From positions 17,918,001 through 17,982,000 of the forward strand of contig CATNEN010000001.1 of the NCBI GenBank assembly GCA_950097015.1: a DNA stretch of 64,000 nt, read 5' to 3'. Positions 56,101 to 64,000 of the stretch are shown piece by piece. The position numbers were made by a program, and so were the translations under genes. This stretch comes from Macrostomum hystrix (lineage: Eukaryota > Animalia > Platyhelminthes). Each line of letters opens with the position of its first letter. Position 1 is the stretch's first letter. Under the pieces are notes generated by a model. The model was given only the letters and a program-made list of their open reading frames with translations. It was not told the DNA's origin and searched no databases.

Positions 56101-56749
56101 TGACGGGAATTTAACCATATCATAGGACGGACAGACAACTGCCTACACCCTTACAGCCTTCTGTGCAACTAAAACTGCTCTTACTCTATTTTGTTCTAAA
56201 AATTCGTACGGTTGTCAGCAAAATATACTGGAGTAGTTACCCTTTTATGCATCCATTGCTAATGTATGAAGAAATACATTTTTAGGTAGGTCTTTTTGTA
56301 ACCCAACGGGTGTACACAGACAGCCATTGGTCATTGCCAAGTCTTACGAAATGTATAAAAATAAAGCCAGACTAATGTCTCTCTGCCTCTCAGTCTCACT
56401 AAGCCCACAGAGAAGCAACGTGAGTACTTTTCTGCTTCAGTTAGTTTTTTGGCCACCGCAGCATGAGCGAAAAATTTATATTGCATTTTGCAACTAGCTT
56501 GGACCCAGGCGCACGATAGCACAGCACAGCAACGATAGCTGTCCTGCAATCTTCTTCTAGTAGCTAAATTTAGACATGACACAAAGATTTGCATGCTACA
56601 CTTTTTCAAGGACTTGGAAATATTAGTACAGGTTGTTAGGGCAGTTTATCTGTTCAGGGTGCATACAGGTAAGATCTGTTGTAAATAAAAAAATGCTGAA
56701 TTTATGACACTTAAGATATAGCATCTAAAAAATAACGCCTATGAATCTA

Positions 56750-57652
56750 ATGGCACTCAGATCCTAGAAAATGGCAAGCAGATCCTAGAAAATGGCAAGC
56801 AGATCCTAGAAAATGGCACTCAGATCCTAGAAAATGGCACTCAGATCCTAGAAAATGCACTCAGATCCTAGAAAATGGCAAGCAGATCCTAGAAAATGGC
56901 ACTCAGATCCTAGAAAATGCACTCAGATCCTAGAAAATGGTAAGCAGATCCTAGAAAATGGCAAGCAGATCCTAGAAAATGGCACTCAGATCCTAGAAAA
57001 TGCACTCAGATCCTAGAAAATGACACTCAGATCCTAGAAAATGGCACTCAGATCCTAGAAAATGGCAAGCAGATCCTAAAAAATGGCACCCAGATTATAG
57101 AAACTGGCATCTAGGTTCTTTAACCTCACTCAAGATCCTAGAAAATGGCACCTAGGTCCTAGAAAATGGCACTCAGATCCTAGAAAATGACACTCAGATC
57201 CTAGAAAATGGCACTCAGATCCTAGAAAATGGCAAGCAGATCCTAAAAAATGGCACCCAGATTATAGAAACTGGCATCTAGGTTCTTTAACCTCACTCAA
57301 GATCCTAGAAAATGGCACCTAGGTCCTAGAAAATGGCACTCAGATCCTAGAAAATGACACTCAGATCCTAGAAAATGGCAAGCAGATCCTAAAAAATGGC
57401 ACCCAGATTATAGAAACTGGCATCTAGGTTCTTTAAGCTCACTCAAGATCCTAGAAAATGGCACCTAGGTCCTAGAAAATGGCACCCAGATCCTAGAAAA
57501 TGGCAAGCAGATCCTAGAAAATGGCACTCAGATCCTAGAAAATGGCGCTCAGATCCTAGAAAATGGCAAGCAGATCCTAAAAAATGGCACCCAGATTATA
57601 GAAACTGGCATCTAGGTTCTTTAAGCTCACTCAAGATCCTAGAAAATGGCAC
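56750..57652. repeat. 21-bp CAGATCCTAGAAAATGGCACT repeat with higher-order blocks
   Basis: Runs to about 12 nt from the MXD donor. Confidence 0.95.
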
Positions 57653-57663
57653 CGGAGTCTCAC

Positions 57664-57976
57664 CTGAGCTAATTGAGGCGGCTGAGATTTCGGACACATT
57701 TCGGCAGCGCCACTGACGCTGCTGAGCCGCAGAAACTGCAGCCGCAGCATCGGACACCACAGCCTTGCGACCGGACACAGACAGGGTGAGGGCCTGATGC
57801 TGCTGAGACTTGCGATTTTTGCCGGCTTGCTGGGCCGACCCCTGCTGTCCCGACAGTCGCTTCCTCAGAGCCCGCAGGTTGCGCTTCAGCTGCTCTCGAC
57901 GGTGTAGAAGCTCCCGTTGCCGGCGCTGCTGACTCACCAGGCGCTGCTTCTGCCGGCTGTCCAGCGCCTGCAGATC
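57664..57976 (-). CDS. MXD: Mad/MXD leucine-zipper exon
   Basis: ttctcgcAG|gat (phase 0) ... tcag|GTgaga (phase 1); DLQALDSRQKQRL..QRELLHRREQL. Confidence 0.85.
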
Positions 57977-58055
57977 CTGCGAGAACCGCATCGGGGCAAT
58001 GGACTTTAGACTCACCTGCTCATAGGCGGCTTCTTGACTTTACTCAGAGTCTGAA

Positions 58056-59622
58056 TCCTATTCCCATCAGGTGTGTTATCCTATTCCCATCAGGTGTGTT
58101 ATCCTATTCCCATCAGGTGTGTTATCCTATTCCCATCAGGTGTGTTTTCCTATTCCCATCAGGTGTGTTATCCTATTCCCATCAGGTGTGTTATCCTATT
58201 CCCATCAGGTGTGTTATCCTATTCCCATCAGGTGTGTTATCCTATTCCCATCAGGTGTGTTATCCTATTCCCATCAGGTGTGTTATCCTATTCCCATCAG
58301 GTGTGTTATCCTATTCCCATCAGGTGTGTTATCCTATTCCCATCAGGTGTGTTATCCTATTCCCATCAGGTGTGTTATCCTATTCCCATCAGGTGTGTTA
58401 TCCTATTCCCATCAGGTGTGTTATCCTATTCCCATCAGGTGTGTTATCCTATTCCCATCAGGTGTGTTATCCTATTCCCATCAGGTGTGTTATCCTATTC
58501 CCATCAGGTGTGTTATCCTATTCCCATCAGGTGTGTTATCCTATTCCCATCAGGTGTGTTATCCTATTCCCATCAGGTGTGTTATCCTATTCCCATCAGG
58601 TGTGTTATCCTATTCCCATCAGGTGTGTTATCCTATTCCCATCAGGTGTGTTATCCTATTCCCATCAGGTGTGTTATCCTATTCCCATCAGGTGTGTTAT
58701 CCTATTCCCATCAGGTGTGTTATCCTATTCCTATCAGGTGTGTTATCCTATTCCCATCAGGTGTGTTATCCTATTCCCATCAGGTGTGTTATCCTATTCC
58801 CATCAGGTGTGTTATCCTATTCCCATCAGGTGTGTTATCCTATTCCCATCAGGTGTGTTATCCTATTCCCATCAGGTGTGTCATCCTATTCCCATCAGGT
58901 GTGTTATCCTATTCCCATCAGGTGTGTTATCCTATTCCCATCAGGTGTGTTATCCTATTCCCATCAGGTGTGTTATCCTATTCCCATCAGGTCTGTTATC
59001 CTATTCCCATCAGGTGTGTTATCCTATTCCCATCAGGTGTGTTATCCTATTCCTATCAGGTGTGTTATCCTATTCCCATCAGGTGTGTTATCCTATTCCC
59101 ATCAGGTCTGTTATCCTATTCCCATCAGGTGTGTTATCCTATTCCCATCAGGTGTGTTATCCTATTCCCATCAGGTGTGTTATCCTATTCCCATCAGGTG
59201 TGTTATCCTATTCCCATCAGGTGTGTTATCCTATTCCCATCAGGTGTGTTATCCTATTCCCATCAGGTGTGTTATCCTATTCCCATCAGGTGTGTTATCC
59301 TATTCCCATCAGGTGTGTTATCCTATTCCCATCAGGTGTGTTATCCTATTCCCATCAGGCATGTTATCCTATTCCCATCAGGTGTGTTATCCTATTCCCA
59401 TCAGGTGTGTTATCCTATTCCCATCAGGTGTGTTATCCTATTCCCATCAGGTGTGTTATCCTATTCCCATCAGGTGTGTTATCCTATTCCCATCAGGTGT
59501 GTTATCCTATTCCCATCAGGTGTGTTATCCTATTCCCATCAGGTGTGTTATCCTATTCCCATCAGGTGTGTTATCCTATTCCCATCAGGTGTGTTATCCT
59601 ATTCCCATCAGGTGTGTTATCC
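58056..59622. repeat. 23-bp CCTATTCCCATCAGGTGTGTTAT repeat
   Basis: About 68 almost invariant units. Confidence 0.98.
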
Positions 59623-60217
59623 TCGTGTAGCTATCTTTTATACTCGATAAATATAAGCCATGCCAAGTCGGAAAACAACTTCGAGGACGGGTTTGTTTGA
59701 CCAGGATTCTTTAGTCGGAGCTTTGCTTCTAGAAGACAAAGCAATAATCAACAATGTCACCAAATCTCGTTAATGAGACCGGTATCGGGTATCGGCTAGA
59801 AGAAAATGATTTGCTAGCTTCAGTTGGGAAACAAGGGATAATTAGGAAAATATCGATCCCTAACTGAAAGCAGAAGAAAAAAATGTAATAAAAAACGGGA
59901 TTTTGACGTAAATACGAGCACTTCATCAAAGTCTGTTAAGCATCAAACATATTTTTAAGTAGGTGGAGTGTTCTGTTCTGTGTTAATTAACTCGACACAC
60001 AGGAGAGCCTACCTAACACACACACACACTCTCTCTCAAACACACACACACATCTTCTTAGGCCTGCCGGGCTAGCTAAATTGCATTTCTGCATGGCGCC
60101 AAGGAGAGGAAATTGCAGCACTCAGCACTGGCGGGAAGTGAAAGCCTTGAGTGGGAATCGGAGGGAGGAGGTGAGAAGCTGTTCCTACCTTGGGCCAAGA
60201 AAACACAGGAAGCTTAC

Positions 60218-60335
60218 CTTGAGATAGCCGTGAGATTTAGTTAACACGCTGAGCATGGTGAGTCGGGTCGCTTCGCTCTGGCTTAACGGCAGCTGATCGC
60301 GCAGCATGTCCAAGCACTGCCTGAGGTGGGCGCGC
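60218..60335 (-). CDS. MXD: Mad/MXD bHLH exon
   Basis: cacgcAG|g ... aag|GTaagc; RRAHLRQCLDMLRDQLPL..RLTMLSVLTK matches the Mad/Mxi1 pattern RRAHLRLCLEKLK..RHTTLSLLTK; basic-region and SID exons not found in the window. Confidence 0.88.
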
Positions 60336-60489
60336 CTGCGTGACAGCAATTCGAGTCGAAGGATGTGGCGACGGTTTTTTAAAATGCGAAAACTAATTTT
60401 CACTTTTTTGAAGTGGAATGAAAACACACTGAGTGAGAAGTTGCGTATTTTATTCCCATATAAAAATCTAGCTAGCCAAATTCCTTAAG

Positions 60490-63215
60490 CATCCCAGATC
60501 CTCACATCTCATTGCTATCCCAGATCCTCAAATCTCATTGCTATCCCAGATCCTCAAATCTCATTGCTATCCCAGATCCTCAAATCTCATTGCTATCCCA
60601 GATCCTCAAATCTCATTGCTGTCCCAGATCCTCAAATCTCATTGCTATCCCAGATCCTCAAATCTCATTGCTGTCCTAGATCCTCAAATCTCATTGCTGT
60701 CCTAGATTCTCAAATCTCATTGCTGTCCTACATCCTAAAATCTCATTGCTGTCCTAGACCCTTAAATCTCATTGCTGTCCTAGATCCTCAAATCTCATTG
60801 CTGTCCCAGATCCTCAAATCTCATTGCTGTCCTAGATTCTCAAATCTCATTGCTGTCCTAGATCCTAAAATCTCATTGCTGTCCTAGATCCTCAAATCTC
60901 ATTGCTGTCCTAGATCCTCAAATCTCATTGCTGTCCTAGATCCTCAAATCTCATTGCTGTCCTAGATCCTCAAATCTCATTGCTGTCCTAGATCCTCAAA
61001 TCTCATTGCTGTCCCAGATCCTCAAATCTCATTGCTGTCCTAGATCCTCAAATCTCATTGCTGTCCTAGATCCTAAAATCTCATTGCTGTCCTAGATCCT
61101 CAAATCTCATTGCTGTCCTAGATCCTCAAATCTCATTGCTGTCCTAGATCCTCAAATCTCATTGCTGTCCTAGATCCTCAAATCTCATTGCTGTCCTAGA
61201 TCCTCAAATCTCATTGCTGTCCTAGATCCTCAAATCTCATTGCTGTCCTAGATCCTCAAATCTCATTGCTGTCCTAGATCCTCAAATCTCATTGCTGTCC
61301 TAGATCCTCAAATCTCATTGCTGTCCTAGATTCTCAAATCTCATTGCTGTCCTAGATCCTAAAATCTCATTGCTGTCCTAGATCCTAAAATCTCATTGCT
61401 GTCCTAGATCCTAAAATCTCATTGCTGTCCTAGATTCTCAAATCTCATTGCTGTCCTAGATCCTAAAATCTCATTGCTGTCCTAGATCCTAAAATCTCAT
61501 TGCTGTCCTAGATTCTCAAATCTCATTGCTGTCCTAGATCCTAAAATCTCATTGCTGTCCTAGATTCTAAAATCTCATTGCTGTCCTAGATCCTAAAATC
61601 TCATTGCTGTCCTAGATTCTCAAATCTCATTGCTGTCCTAGATCCTAAAATCTCATTGCTGTCCTAGATTCTCAAATCTCATTGCTGTCCTAGATCCTCA
61701 AATCTCATTGCTGTCCTAGATCCTCAAATCTCATTGCTGTCCTAGATCCTCAAATCTCATTGCTGTCCCAGATCCTCAAATCTCATTGCTGTCCTAGATT
61801 CTCAAATCTCATTGCTGTCCTAGATCCTAAAATCTCATTGCTGTCCTAGATTCTCAAATCTCATTGCTGTCCTAGATTCTCAAATCTCATTGCTGTCCCA
61901 GATCCTCAAATCTCATTGCTGTCCTAGATCCTAAAATCTCATTGCTGTCCTAGATCCTCAAATCTCATTGCTGTCCTAGATCCTCAAATCTCATTGCTGT
62001 CCTAGATCCTCACATCTCATTGCTATCCCAGATCCTCAAATCTCATTGCTATCCCAGATCCTCAAATCTCATTGCTGTCCTAGATCCTCAAATCTCATTG
62101 CTATCCCAGATCCTCAAATCTCATTGCTGTCCCAGATCTTCAAATCTCATTTCTATCCCAGATCCTCAAATCTCATTGCTGTCCTAGATCCTCAAATCTC
62201 ATTGCTGTCCTAGATCCTCAAATCTCATTGCTGTCCTAGATCCTCAAATCTCATTGCTGTCCTAGATCCTCAAATCTCATTGCTGTCCTAGATCCTCAAA
62301 TCTCATTGCTGTCCTAGATCCTAAAATCTCATTGCTGTCCTAGATCCTCAAATCTCATTGCTGTCCTAGATCCTCAAATCTCATTGCTGTCCTAGATCCT
62401 AAAATCTCATTGCTATCCCAGATCCTCACATCTCATTGCTGTCCTAGATCCTCAAATCTCATTGCTATCCCAGATCCTCAAATCTCATTGCTGTCCTAGA
62501 TCCTCAAATCTCATTGCTATCCTAGATCCTCAAATCTCATTGCTGTCCTAGATCCTCAAATCTCATTGCTATCCCAGATCCACAAATCCCATGGCTATCC
62601 CACATTCTCAAATCCCATAGCTATCCTAGATCCTCAAATCACATAGCTATCCCAGATCCTCAAATCCCATTGCTATCTTAGATCCTCAAATCTCATTGCT
62701 GTCCTAGATTCTCAAATCTCATTGCTGTCCCAGATCCTCAAATCTCATTGCTGTCCCAGATTCTCAAATCTCATTGCTATCCCAGATCCTCAAATCTCAT
62801 TGCTGTCCTAGATCCTCAAATCTCATTGCTGTCCTAGATCCTCAAATCTCATTGCTGTCCTAGATTCTCAAATCTCTTTGCTATCCCAGATCCTCAAATC
62901 CCATTGCTATCCCAGATCCTCAAATCTCATTGCTATCCCAGATCCTCAAATCCCATGGCTATCCCACATTCTCAAATCCCATAGCTATCCTAGATCCTCA
63001 AATCACATAGCTATCCCAGATCCTCAAATCCCATTGCTATCTTAGATCCTCAAATCTCATTGCTATCCTAGATCCTCAAATCTCATTGCTATCCTTGATC
63101 CTCAAATCTCATTGCTATCCTAGATCCTCAAATCCCATAGCCATCCCAGATCCTCAAATCCCATAGCCATCCTAGATTCTCAAATCTCATTGCTATCCTA
63201 GATCCTCAAATCCCA
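60490..63215. repeat. 26-bp CCTAGATCCTCAAATCTCATTGCTGT repeat
   Basis: About 105 units. Confidence 0.98.
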
Positions 63216-64000
63216 CTAAGAATCCAAATCCCATCATGATCCTAAATCCCAAAATCCCATTCAGACTTTGAATCCCAATATCTATCTAAGATCCCCATTC
63301 GCAGCGAGCACAGGCGAGCAGCTGACAAAGTGTCTATTATTAACAGAGCACAGAGCAGTTATTCTAGTCGAGAATCATAAAAGAACTCGCAGAGAAAACC
63401 ACGGAGAGACACTTGAAAAGTTTCGAGCAAGAGGCGGCAGTCAAGCTCCTCATGCATTGATTGGCATGATTATTGACCAGCTGTCCAAATTGATGGCCAA
63501 GGCAAATGAATTGTCCTGGGGAAGAGGCGGACAGGCCCCTCTGCTAGCCAGGGGAAAAATTTGTCATATTCTCATTATCGAATTCTTTCAATGCAGGGAA
63601 CGACTTTCGGCATCTGCTCATGAATAATCTGTTTGAAAAAAATTACACTAAAATATACGAGTAGATATTGGCTTCAGAAAATTCAGCCAGAAATCAATGG
63701 CTGCTTCCGCGCCTGACTATGTCTCCCTAACTGCAATATAAATATGTTCTTATACTATAGCCGCGTATGCTAATTCTGAAACTCCCCTAGAAGAAGATCC
63801 GACAAAGAAAATATTTGACCAATTAGCACTGCGCCTCAGTGCGGCCTTGCCAGGCCTTCAAAATTTATCAGCGTGTCACCCGAACGTGCCTGCATCATCT
63901 CCGTCTTCTCCGTCTTTGGTCACCGATCTTTATCTAGACAGACTGCTGGACCTTCAAGGGCTACAACAGGTGGAACTAGGTCACTATGGACACCCTGACG

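Noticed and set aside
58016-58050. Possible MXD microexon with a GTGAGT donor
   Set aside because: 35 nt (frameshifting), purine-rich acceptor and only a 39-nt downstream intron; the flanking exons already join in phase.
58071-59700. Three ~520-aa ORFs
   Set aside because: 23-bp stop-free unit, open in all three + frames; lies in the MXD intron.
4651-60490. Rule that donor-side arrays are G-rich and acceptor-side arrays C-rich on the sense strand
   Set aside because: Holds for several (4651, 6055, 6972, 25388, 45110) but is contradicted by 10970, 13762 and 58056.
63268-64000. ORF 63268-63627 or upstream MXD exons
   Set aside because: No recognisable motif; I found no HNELEK basic region or SID on the minus strand.

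Overview
Eukaryotic (animal) genomic DNA. GC-rich exons with poly-Q/poly-A tracts sit in introns filled with unrelated minisatellites, a style that suggests a free-living flatworm such as Macrostomum (inference only). Three spliced protein-coding genes: (1) an Elk/Kv12 (KCNH3/4/8-type) EAG-family K+ channel on +, about 4362-37916, first exon outside the window, traced exon by exon with phase-consistent GT-AG junctions (PAS, S1-S6, GFG filter, C-linker/CNBHD, coiled coil); (2) a two-exon tetraspanin on -, 39228-40795; (3) the 3' part of a Mad/MXD bHLH-Zip repressor on -, 44928-60335. A complete, very young Ty3/gypsy (Mag-like) LTR retrotransposon (19937-24428; identical 207-bp LTRs, GGGTT target-site duplication, intact 1317-aa gag-pol) lies antisense in the pore/S6 intron of the channel. 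There are also three copies of one tRNA-derived SINE and more than 30 different tandem arrays. Most long ORFs in the supplied track are repeat artefacts. Best leads: the organisation of the intronic arrays (one or more per large intron, many abutting splice sites, a recurrent GATCC core, same-core arrays in inverted orientation around exons, a foldback pair), candidate cassette exons, an intron bounded by a 10-bp direct repeat, S4 substitutions in the channel, and a DSGxxS degron in the Mad protein. No prokaryote-type system (CRISPR etc.) is supported.
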